From positions 306,511-370,510 of the forward strand of contig JAGVBK010000004.1 in the NCBI GenBank assembly GCA_020059745.1: 64,000 nt of DNA. Reading direction: 5' to 3'. The translations under genes and the position numbers were made by a program. Within the stretch, counting starts at the first letter, position 1, and each line of letters begins with the position of its first letter. The notes below the pieces were generated by a model. It had not been told where the DNA came from. It ran no database searches and saw only the letters and a list, made by a program, of their open reading frames with translations. This document shows positions 19,563-27,870 of this stretch, piece after piece. This stretch comes from Candidatus Shapirobacteria bacterium. GTDB taxonomy: Bacteria > Patescibacteriota > Microgenomatia > UM-FILTER-40-11.

Positions 19563-20330
19563 ATGAGTCAATATTACAATCCAAACAGAACAAGAAATAT
19601 TTATGATCCAAAATCTAGCGAGTTGTTTCGCCTGAGTCGTGGAAAGATAGACAATTTCATTACGTGCCCACGTTGTTTTTATCTTGACCGGAAACTGGGA
19701 ATTGCTCAGCCTCCCGGATATCCTTTTTCTCTTAATTCCGCTGTCGATAAACTTCTCAAAAAAGAACTTGATATTCACCGAGCAAAGGGGACACCACATC
19801 CTTTAATGAAAACTTACGGTGTCGATGCAATTCCTTTAACTCACGAAAAAATTGAAGAATGGCGGGATTCGCTAAGGGGAGGGATTACTTTCAGGATAGA
19901 AGGAAGTAATGTCGTGGTAACCGGCGGAGTTGATGATATGTGGATTAATCCCCAGAGTGAATATATTGTTGTTGACTATAAAGCAACTTCCAAAGAAGAG
20001 GAAGTAACTTTAGATGCCGACTGGCAGATTGGCTATAAAAGGCAAATGGAAATTTACCAGTGGCTTTTCAGAAAGAACGGTTTTGCGGTTTCTTCGACTG
20101 GTTATTTTGTTTATTGCAATGGCAATACAGATAAGGAAGCCTTTGATGGAAAGTTGGAATTTGATATTAAGATTATTCCCTATTTAGGAGATGATTCTTG
20201 GGTTGAAAATACCATTCATGATGCAATTGATTGCTTAAACAGTAATGAGATTCCGGCTCCTGGGGCAGATTGTGATTACTGCCGGTATGTAGAAGCGGTT
20301 AGAAAAATTGATGAGGTTGCTTATGCTTAA
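19563..20330 (+). CDS. Cas4-like PD-(D/E)xK nuclease with a 4-Cys (Fe-S) cluster
   Basis: N-terminal CPRCFYL motif (as in Cas4/AddB), D…(IVVDYK) PD-(D/E)xK core, a QMEIYQWL (QxxxY) motif and a C-terminal CDYC pair. 255 aa. Begins 3 bp after the OLD gene. Confidence 0.65.
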   Translation: MSQYYNPNRTRNIYDPKSSELFRLSRGKIDNFITCPRCFYLDRKLGIAQPPGYPFSLNSAVDKLLKKELDIHRAKGTPHPLMKTYGVDAIPLTHEKIEEWRDSLRGGITFRIEGSNVVVTGGVDDMWINPQSEYIVVDYKATSKEEEVTLDADWQIGYKRQMEIYQWLFRKNGFAVSSTGYFVYCNGNTDKEAFDGKLEFDIKIIPYLGDDSWVENTIHDAIDCLNSNEIPAPGADCDYCRYVEAVRKIDEVAYA

Positions 20331-20709
20331 AAAAATTGAAACTGCCGATGAGTTTATTAAGAGGAAAACTGATGAGTTTTCTAAAAATAAATTAATTGAA
20401 ATAAAAGATATCGGTCGAAGCGGAAAACATTTTTTAGCTCGTGAAGCTTGGACTTTTATGCCACAAGGGAATTTGGGTGATAAAGTGTTTGTTATCGAAA
20501 GGTTTAGAAAAGAATCAACTGAAGGAAAAATTGCGTACACAGATTCCTGGAAGAAAGGAGATATTGAGTACCGCATCGGATATTTCATTATTGGGAAAAT
20601 TGGTAAAGCGGCTGGAAGATGGGTCTGGGGACAATATTGCCCTTTGATTCCTCATGAAGATTTAGATAAATTATTATCCAAAGCAAGGCAAGAAGGAACA
20701 CTTCTTTAA
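20323..20709 (+). CDS. Hypothetical small protein, last gene of the R-M/OLD/Cas4-like operon
   Basis: ~129-aa ORF overlapping the Cas4-like stop by 8 bp (ATG at 20323; the ORF track used an upstream TTG). No recognisable motif. Confidence 0.45.
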   Translation: MLKKIETADEFIKRKTDEFSKNKLIEIKDIGRSGKHFLAREAWTFMPQGNLGDKVFVIERFRKESTEGKIAYTDSWKKGDIEYRIGYFIIGKIGKAAGRWVWGQYCPLIPHEDLDKLLSKARQEGTLL

Positions 20710-20821
20710 ATTAAACGATTTTCGTATTTAGATAAAGAATCGAAATGAAAACAAAAAATTCTTTGAAAAACACCATGGAAGTGGGCGGTTAGTATGGGTT
20801 TATAGTACAATGACAAAATAG

Positions 20822-21745
20822 ATGAAAGAGTTACAGATTGTTTATTCGAATAATTATCTTAAATACGATCTTGGAGAAGACAATCCCATTTCCCGGGATA
20901 AAACTGGAAAGTTTTTACGATTTCTTAAAGAAGAAGGAAGCATTCCCTTCCGGGTGCATGAGGCACCGAAAGCAACCGATAGCGACATTCTTCTTGCCCA
21001 CACAGAAAGGTACTTAAACAGAGTAAGGCAGGCTGCGATAAATGGAGTCGAACTCGATCCTGATACTCCGGTTAACTTGGAAACATTAGAAGGAGCATAT
21101 TATATTGTTGGAGGAACAATTCTCTGCCTTAGTTTGGCTCTTGAAGACCAACGAGTAGTCAATATTATTGGAGGAATGCACCACTCTGGCTCATATTTCG
21201 GATCAGGATTCTGCATTTTTAACGATCATGCCATTGCTATTAGAAAGCTCCAGAAAGAAGGAAAAATTGAAAAAGTAACAGTGTATGATTTAGATGTACA
21301 TGCAGGACAGGGAACCCAAGAAATTTTTTATGAAGATCCTACGGTTTTGACCGTCTCTATCCATCAAGATCCCAATACTCTCTATCCGGGAACCGGGTTT
21401 GATTGGCAGAGAGGAAGAGGAGCTGGGCTGGGAATGAACATTAATATCCCGCTTCCCCCTGGAACTACCGAAGAAATATATCTTGAAGCTTTGGATTCAG
21501 TCTTGGAACAAACCAGAAGTTATACCTCTGATATGAGAGTTTTACTTTTGGGTGTCGATACTTATAAGGGAGATTTACTAGGCGGTTTCCGGCTAGAACA
21601 AGAAAGTTTTAGAAAAATTGGGGAAAGATTCCGTGATTTTCATAAATTAGCTGTTCTTTTCGGTGGCGGTTATTCAAGAAAAATTCCTGACTTGTGGATG
21701 AAATTTTTAGAAGGATACTTAGGAGTTCCTTCTCATATCGTCTGA
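20822..21745 (+). CDS. Histone deacetylase-family (arginase/deacetylase fold) protein
   Basis: HDAC motifs GGMHHSGSYFGSGFCIFND and DLDVHAGQGTQ (Zn ligands D-H-D). 307 aa. Confidence 0.8.
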   Translation: MKELQIVYSNNYLKYDLGEDNPISRDKTGKFLRFLKEEGSIPFRVHEAPKATDSDILLAHTERYLNRVRQAAINGVELDPDTPVNLETLEGAYYIVGGTILCLSLALEDQRVVNIIGGMHHSGSYFGSGFCIFNDHAIAIRKLQKEGKIEKVTVYDLDVHAGQGTQEIFYEDPTVLTVSIHQDPNTLYPGTGFDWQRGRGAGLGMNINIPLPPGTTEEIYLEALDSVLEQTRSYTSDMRVLLLGVDTYKGDLLGGFRLEQESFRKIGERFRDFHKLAVLFGGGYSRKIPDLWMKFLEGYLGVPSHIV

Positions 21746-22288
21746 CACGAGTTTTCTTATTTCTTCGGCTTTACTACTTTTATTCTGTTTTGCCTTTAAC
21801 TTGAGGTATTCATCTAACTCTCTTTCGATTTCTAAATTAAATCTGACGGTGGATTTATTTAACTCAACCCATTTGAGGAAATCCTCTATTATTTTTTTTA
21901 AATTTGTCTTTTTATATTTTTGTTTCTTTAAATATTTATAATAATTTGAACTAATAAAGAAATCGCTTAAGGGAGAATCTTCTACTTTATCCGAATCTTT
22001 AATTAAAAGTAACGTTGGAATATTCTTTTGAAGAGATAGAACTAGCTGCTGGCCGACTGCGGAGATATTATGCGAATATTCAAGAATTACCGCATCGGAT
22101 TCTTTAATGGCTTTTTCTGTCAGTTCATACATTTTGCTGACAGTTATTTCCTTATTACCTTTTATTTCTTCGTCAATCCAGTCTCTGGACAGTTTGTGTC
22201 CTAACAGGCATATTTGTTGACGTATTTTCAGATAATCTGTTTTGTTTTTTTTGAAACCCGGCAATGATCCCCCGAAAAAAACTTTCAT
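21719..22288 (-). CDS. Two-domain protein: N-terminal nucleoside 2-deoxyribosyltransferase-like (SLOG/Rossmann-like) domain fused to a C-terminal ribbon-helix-helix (CopG-like) domain
   Basis: N-terminus MKVFFGGSLPG … DAVILEYSHNISAVGQQLVLS resembles the NDT/TIR-like Rossmann motif pattern. C-terminus TVRFNLEIERELDEYLKLKAKQNKSSKAEEIRKLV is a canonical RHH beta-strand plus two helices. Confidence 0.4.
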   Translation of the reverse strand: MKVFFGGSLPGFKKNKTDYLKIRQQICLLGHKLSRDWIDEEIKGNKEITVSKMYELTEKAIKESDAVILEYSHNISAVGQQLVLSLQKNIPTLLLIKDSDKVEDSPLSDFFISSNYYKYLKKQKYKKTNLKKIIEDFLKWVELNKSTVRFNLEIERELDEYLKLKAKQNKSSKAEEIRKLVSDDMRRNS

Positions 22289-22324
22289 TGTCGGTATTAT
22301 ACATCATTTGCATTATTATAGGTA

Positions 22325-23827
22325 TTGCTGTACAATCAGTGTACATTTTCTATATTTATAAATGTGTCAATATTAAAGGTTATTGAAATCGGTTTTGGTC
22401 CTCATGCTAAAAGGATATATTTTCCTGCCCTGCAAGAATTAGGAAAAGAATTTAATGTTAGTCTTTCATTGGTTGTCGATCTTAAGCAACAAGAATTTGA
22501 TATAAGAGACTTTTTCTCTGACTATGCAGACAAACCAGATTTTCTTTTTGTTGATCCTTTTGAAGGAAATCTTCCTAAAGAGGTAGATGACTTTTTAAAT
22601 AATTATGTTGCCAAGCATAAAATTGATGGAGTAATAATTTCCACAGAACCCCTTTGCCATTATGCCTACGCTAAATGGGCTTTAAAAGTCGGTTTGAACA
22701 TCCTTATGGATAAACCAATTACCACTAAAAAAGAAGTGGTTACAGATTTATCAGCAGCAAAAAAAATTGAAAGTGATTATATGGAATTGTTAAAAGATTA
22801 TCTCAATCTCCAAGAACAAAAGGAAACTGTTTTCATAATTAACACCCAACGGCGTTTTCACCCTGGTTTTAATCTTGTTAATGAACTTCTCTCTGAGGTT
22901 GCCGTCAAGACCAATTGTCCGATTACAGCAATACAAGCCACTCATTGTGACGGGCAGTGGAGACTTCCAAACGAAATAGTAACACAACAATACCATCCAT
23001 ATTGCAGCGGATACGGAAAAGGCTCGCATAGCGGTTATCATATTTTTGATTCAGTTTATCAATTTTATAAGGTATCTAAATTAACAGCCAAAATAGCTGA
23101 TTCGATGGAAATTTTTAGTTCTTTTTTTCAGCCTAAGGGCTTCTTATTTCAATTAAATCAAAATGATTATGAAAAATATTTTGGAAAGGCATACTCAACA
23201 GTTAGAAAATATTCCGACAACAGACTATATAAGATGTTCTCTGGTTATGGTGAAATGGATCTTTCCGCTATTGTGAGGCTTAAAAGGGGAGAAGATTGCA
23301 TAGGGAATATAGCTATTAATCTAATGCATAACGGTTTTGCCCGAAGATCGTGGGTAAAGCCAGGAAAAGATCTTTATAAAGGAAACGGAAGAGTTAAACA
23401 TGAATATCACAACATAGAGCAAGGGCCATTTCAAAATATTCAGATTCACTCTTATCAATCAAAAGACAAACATGATACTAACACTAAAGATGATTATCTC
23501 CTCGGAGGCAACAGCCATTTTGATATTTATGTCTTTAGAAATAAAGACATAACGGGAGACAAAGATCCGTTAAAAATTTTTAGAATGTCAGACCTGAAAA
23601 AATATTGCCCAGAAGTGCAAGATGATAAATTGGCTATCGAAAGTGTTAAGCATCGAGTTGTCAAAGAATTCTTGAGTTGTTTGGTGGGTAAAAGGAGTAA
23701 AATCGAACTTACTTCTAATATCGATGATCATTTAATGCCCGTGCAAATAATGAGCGGTATTTATAGGTCACATAATAATTATATTAGAGGGTTGAATCCG
23801 TTGGTTAGATATAACTTAACTTTATGA
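22325..23827 (+). CDS. Gfo/Idh/MocA-family NAD(P)-dependent oxidoreductase
   Basis: N-terminal Rossmann dinucleotide-binding region (VIEIGFGPHAKRIYFPAL) and the family EKP-like motif (STEPLCHYAYAKWALKVGLNILMDKP). The true start is probably downstream of 22325 (a GTG near 22364). Confidence 0.55.
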   Translation: MLYNQCTFSIFINVSILKVIEIGFGPHAKRIYFPALQELGKEFNVSLSLVVDLKQQEFDIRDFFSDYADKPDFLFVDPFEGNLPKEVDDFLNNYVAKHKIDGVIISTEPLCHYAYAKWALKVGLNILMDKPITTKKEVVTDLSAAKKIESDYMELLKDYLNLQEQKETVFIINTQRRFHPGFNLVNELLSEVAVKTNCPITAIQATHCDGQWRLPNEIVTQQYHPYCSGYGKGSHSGYHIFDSVYQFYKVSKLTAKIADSMEIFSSFFQPKGFLFQLNQNDYEKYFGKAYSTVRKYSDNRLYKMFSGYGEMDLSAIVRLKRGEDCIGNIAINLMHNGFARRSWVKPGKDLYKGNGRVKHEYHNIEQGPFQNIQIHSYQSKDKHDTNTKDDYLLGGNSHFDIYVFRNKDITGDKDPLKIFRMSDLKKYCPEVQDDKLAIESVKHRVVKEFLSCLVGKRSKIELTSNIDDHLMPVQIMSGIYRSHNNYIRGLNPLVRYNLTL

Positions 23828-25182
23828 CAGATATTAGTGCAATAAAAGCTCTTGCTTTTGGCCTGCTTGATGGCGGCGGAGATATATTTACTAATTTTCC
23901 TGGATATCTGTCACACCAACTATTTTCGTCTCTGGGCGGAAAGAATACTTCTGTGAACGAAAAAACAGCTTATGAAATAGCTTGGGGGTCAAGTTTTGCT
24001 GGTAGAAGAAGTGCAGTAATGTTTAAAAATGTCGGATTAAATGTTGCTGCAGATCCTTTTTTGAACTCCATGCTTCTTGGTATAAATGCTGGTTTGGTAA
24101 TAATTGTTTTTGACGACGTTTATGTCGAGGGGTCTCAATCGCGGCAAGATTCAAGACACTATTTTAATTTTTTTAGGGGATTGTGGTTTGAGCCATATAA
24201 TGTTCAGAATGCTTATGATGTTGCTTATAAATCTTTTTCTCTTTCTGAAAAGTATAAAACACCGGTGATAATTAGGGTCACAAATCCACTTATCAATATG
24301 TCGAGTGATTTAAAAAGAAAGAAAAAGCAGAAAAAGAGTAATAAGCCTGTCTATGATCATAGAAAATTTGTTGTGCACCCTACAAACTATCTTTATCAAA
24401 GAAAAACGCTACTTAAGAAGAATGACAGAATTCAAAAGTATATTAATGGCCTATACAAGAATGTGTTTGTCGAAACAAAGGATAATTTATTTGTCTTCGG
24501 TTGTTGTGTAAATGAACAAAAAAAATACTTAAAAGATAACTATGGCAGAGTACAGTTCTTTACTTATCCTCTTCCTCAAAAGACTACTAATTTAATTAAA
24601 AAGTCGAAGAATTTAATTGTTTTAGAACAAGGCGATGATTTTGCTTGTCGTGAAGTTGGAAATTTGACGAAAAATTTGCTGTTAGGAAATAATACTGGCT
24701 CAATGCCGGATATGTCGAAAAATTATATTGTTTCTAAAAACTATGAGAAGTTATTTTCTGCAGTTAAAGCTATTCGGCCTACTTTTGTTATTGGTGACTT
24801 GGGTGAATATACCAAAGACACTTACGGAACGATAGATGCCTGCCTTTGCTTAGGTTCAAGTATTGGAGTTGCAACCGGTTGTGCTTTAGCTGGATATCAA
24901 AAGTCGTTGGTAATAACTGGAGATGGTGCTTATTTACATTCAGGCAAAAACGCATTAATGGAATCAATAGAAAGGAAAATTACGCTAAAAATTGTTGTTC
25001 TCTGCAATGGGGGATGTAGAGTAACTGGGGGTCAAAAAATTCCGGGGGATTTGTTTGATCAACCAAAGGAAGTTAGGGTTTTTAAACTTAACTATGATAA
25101 GACAACGACTGCTGTTTTCAAGGAAACTTTAAAAAAAATGATTGATTCAAAGTTTACCACCATATTATATGTTTTGATGTAA
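23824..25182 (+). CDS. Thiamine-diphosphate-dependent enzyme (Pyr + PP domains)
   Basis: C-terminal ThDP-binding motif GDGAYLHSGKNALMESIERKITLKIVVLCNGG (GDG…NG). N-terminal Pyr-domain-like region. 452 aa. Confidence 0.5.
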   Translation: MTDISAIKALAFGLLDGGGDIFTNFPGYLSHQLFSSLGGKNTSVNEKTAYEIAWGSSFAGRRSAVMFKNVGLNVAADPFLNSMLLGINAGLVIIVFDDVYVEGSQSRQDSRHYFNFFRGLWFEPYNVQNAYDVAYKSFSLSEKYKTPVIIRVTNPLINMSSDLKRKKKQKKSNKPVYDHRKFVVHPTNYLYQRKTLLKKNDRIQKYINGLYKNVFVETKDNLFVFGCCVNEQKKYLKDNYGRVQFFTYPLPQKTTNLIKKSKNLIVLEQGDDFACREVGNLTKNLLLGNNTGSMPDMSKNYIVSKNYEKLFSAVKAIRPTFVIGDLGEYTKDTYGTIDACLCLGSSIGVATGCALAGYQKSLVITGDGAYLHSGKNALMESIERKITLKIVVLCNGGCRVTGGQKIPGDLFDQPKEVRVFKLNYDKTTTAVFKETLKKMIDSKFTTILYVLM

Positions 25183-25185
25183 TCC

Positions 25186-25806
25186 ATGAAAGAAAGGCCG
25201 TATTACTTACATTTTGAAGGGATGGATCTTGCAGGAAAAACAACTGCAACTCAAAATTTTATTAAATCAACAGGGGCCGAATGGAACATAAGGAGAAATT
25301 CCCTTTCGAGAGAAAATCCAATACACTTGCTTGCTGATTCTTTAAGAAAAGCAGAAGCATATGATGCGGAAGTCTTGGGGAATTTATATGTGGCTGCCCT
25401 GATGGCAGATATTCATTCTTTTCAATGGCCAGGCAAGGATACCATCCAAGACTCAACAATTATATTAAGATCTATTGCCTTTCACACAGTTAGGGGCACA
25501 CCGAGGATCAGGGAAGTACTTCTGGATTTGTTGCCAGAGCATCCTAAATTTGATGCTTCATTTGTTTTTACCGCCAGTATTGAAAAAAGGCTTGAACGTT
25601 TGCAAAGGAGAATTGCTTTAGCTCCCCAAGAAGTTTCAGAAGAAGACATGATGGTAATAAGGAAGCCGGAGAAATTTTTGGCAATGGAAGCGGTGATGGT
25701 GGATATGGCCAAAATGGCTTTCCATTCAGTTATAGTTGATACCTCCACATTAACTCCGGACATGGTTGTTGGTGTGATTCATCAAAATTTTAGATTTGAG
25801 AAATGA
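25186..25806 (+). CDS. Thymidylate-kinase-like P-loop nucleotide kinase
   Basis: P-loop FEGMDLAGKTT (compare TMPK ExxDGxGKTT), 206 aa, with the core/LID arrangement of the dNMP kinase fold. Confidence 0.5.
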   Translation: MKERPYYLHFEGMDLAGKTTATQNFIKSTGAEWNIRRNSLSRENPIHLLADSLRKAEAYDAEVLGNLYVAALMADIHSFQWPGKDTIQDSTIILRSIAFHTVRGTPRIREVLLDLLPEHPKFDASFVFTASIEKRLERLQRRIALAPQEVSEEDMMVIRKPEKFLAMEAVMVDMAKMAFHSVIVDTSTLTPDMVVGVIHQNFRFEK

Positions 25807-27221
25807 AAGAAACTCAGCCGCAAGGATATCGCCATCTCGAGGCATTACACTATTTGGCCGGGATACCTTTTGTTGAGCATTTGGGTGTACGAGCCAATAA
25901 GGAAAAGATTTTAGAAGATTTGGGTTTTAGTAAAGGAACCAACATTGCTTTAAAAAAAGAATTCCTTTTACCAGAACCGGATGAAAATCTTTTAGGAATT
26001 GAGGATTATCTTGTTCAACAAATATCTCAAGGAAGATTTGTCGCAATGTTATTCAAGGATGGCCGTTGGGAGTCGATGGGTGGAGCGCCGGTGACTTATC
26101 TTATGGCCGAGAAGGACATCCGAGATAAATTGGTTTTTAGCAATGGGAAACTAATAGAAGTTAGTGCCCACGATGGCAAAGTACTTCAAATCGATCGTGA
26201 AATTTCCCTTCAAACATATTCTAGAAGAAAATCAATTGCTTCAACAGTGTCAGGCTTTGCAAATTACGAAGATCCTATCACTGTGAGGCTAGGTGGAGGT
26301 TTTAGACTGCAGTTAGATGATTTAGTTTTTATTGACGGTGAGCCGCACCTTTTGTTCTCCGGGCACTTTTCATTTAATGATATGGGGTCGAGAGTTTTAG
26401 CTTTATCTTGCAAAGAAGACTGTGCAGTGCCGAGATATGAAACATCATTTCTTTTAAAAATTAATAGTGGGCAATTATCTTTTATGGGTGATATGGAATT
26501 TCAAAGAGCTTCTGGCTCTTCAGGCAGTGTGAGAACGGTGGTTAATAAAGTGGTCTCAAGTTTGTTTTATCATGATGGTAAAGCTATTAGTGAGCTGACA
26601 AAGATGCTTTTAAGCGTCAAGCCAGTGATGGGGATCCATCAATTTGAGGGGATATTTAGTATTCCCAGTGAATCTGAAATAAGTGCTGAAATTATTGATT
26701 TTGATGGACTTGAAGCGTTTGATGTTGGGTTTCAAGGACTACAAATAGATCCTTCTGAGAGACTTATCCGAGGACAACTTAGAAGAGCTGGTTTTCTTAC
26801 AACTGACCCCGAAAGCCTGCTTCAATATATTGCCTATAGAAGAAGAGTTGCTGCGACCGTAGGTGAATTAATTAAATCCAGTGAAATTCCGGACGACATT
26901 AAAGAAAGACTGAGCCAACAATTTATCAATTCATTTGATCTTTTTACGCGAAACAGAACGGATCCGGTCAAACTAGGAAGATTGCTTGATACCCTGTGTC
27001 TTGATTGGGAGGATACAACTAACCCGCAAGTCAAATATTTTCGGAATGAAAATGACATGTTGATTATGTTTTCTGTTGAAGGTTTTAATCTAGCGTTTTG
27101 GAAAGACAGTGGAAAACTTGTTGATTGCTCCAATTTAAGAAAAATAGCGGCTAAATTAAGTCGGGTTGTTGGAAAAGAAATCTTGCCTGTTCATTTATCG
27201 GCATTAAAGGAAGGCGATTAG
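25803..27221 (+). CDS. Hypothetical protein (472 aa), no recognisable motifs
   Basis: Long ORF with a start overlapping the previous gene's stop. Coding-like composition. Confidence 0.45.
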   Translation: MKETQPQGYRHLEALHYLAGIPFVEHLGVRANKEKILEDLGFSKGTNIALKKEFLLPEPDENLLGIEDYLVQQISQGRFVAMLFKDGRWESMGGAPVTYLMAEKDIRDKLVFSNGKLIEVSAHDGKVLQIDREISLQTYSRRKSIASTVSGFANYEDPITVRLGGGFRLQLDDLVFIDGEPHLLFSGHFSFNDMGSRVLALSCKEDCAVPRYETSFLLKINSGQLSFMGDMEFQRASGSSGSVRTVVNKVVSSLFYHDGKAISELTKMLLSVKPVMGIHQFEGIFSIPSESEISAEIIDFDGLEAFDVGFQGLQIDPSERLIRGQLRRAGFLTTDPESLLQYIAYRRRVAATVGELIKSSEIPDDIKERLSQQFINSFDLFTRNRTDPVKLGRLLDTLCLDWEDTTNPQVKYFRNENDMLIMFSVEGFNLAFWKDSGKLVDCSNLRKIAAKLSRVVGKEILPVHLSALKEGD

Positions 27222-27270
27222 GAGATTACTAAATAACTATAATTTATTTTAATGAGTTAAAGGAGAAAAA

Positions 27271-27870
27271 ATGAATTTACCTAACTTTAAGTATTTTTAT
27301 AATAATAAAGCTAAAACTCTTGATGTAGTTTTACATGGTGGTTCTCAGGGCATGGATTCTGGATTTATAAGCAAGATTGTTGGTGCTTCAAGAAAGACTG
27401 GCAATAGCGTTGTCGCTTTTAACTTTCCCTACATTGAAAGAGGTGAAGAAAACTCCTCCGGGCCGGAATTAGTTGAGGAAATTGATGCATTGCAATCAAT
27501 TCTCGATTTTTGTCAGTCCGATAAATTTAAGTCTGTTAGATTAATTGGTAAATCTTTAGGGGGAGTTGTTGCTGGACATTATTTGAAAAAACTTAATGGA
27601 GACCAACTGAATAAATTTAGTCTGATTATTTTTGGTTATGATATTGGCTACATTGATTTAAAAAGTTTCCCCGGGAAAATTGTTATTATTCAGGGAAGTA
27701 AGGACAAATTTGGAGATATTGAAGCGGTTAAAAAGGACATGAATGGAACTGCTTCAAATGACATAACCTATTTATCTATTGAAGGAGCGGATCATAGTTA
27801 CCGAATTCCGGAAACAAAAGAACCAATCTATGAAGACGAAGCGGTGAATGTTGCTTTTGGGCGAACCTGA
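27271..27870 (+). CDS. Alpha/beta-hydrolase fold protein (dienelactone-hydrolase/esterase-like)
   Basis: Nucleophile elbow GKSLGG and a later His (DHSY) in the order expected for a Ser-Asp-His triad. 199 aa. Confidence 0.5.
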   Translation: MNLPNFKYFYNNKAKTLDVVLHGGSQGMDSGFISKIVGASRKTGNSVVAFNFPYIERGEENSSGPELVEEIDALQSILDFCQSDKFKSVRLIGKSLGGVVAGHYLKKLNGDQLNKFSLIIFGYDIGYIDLKSFPGKIVIIQGSKDKFGDIEAVKKDMNGTASNDITYLSIEGADHSYRIPETKEPIYEDEAVNVAFGRT

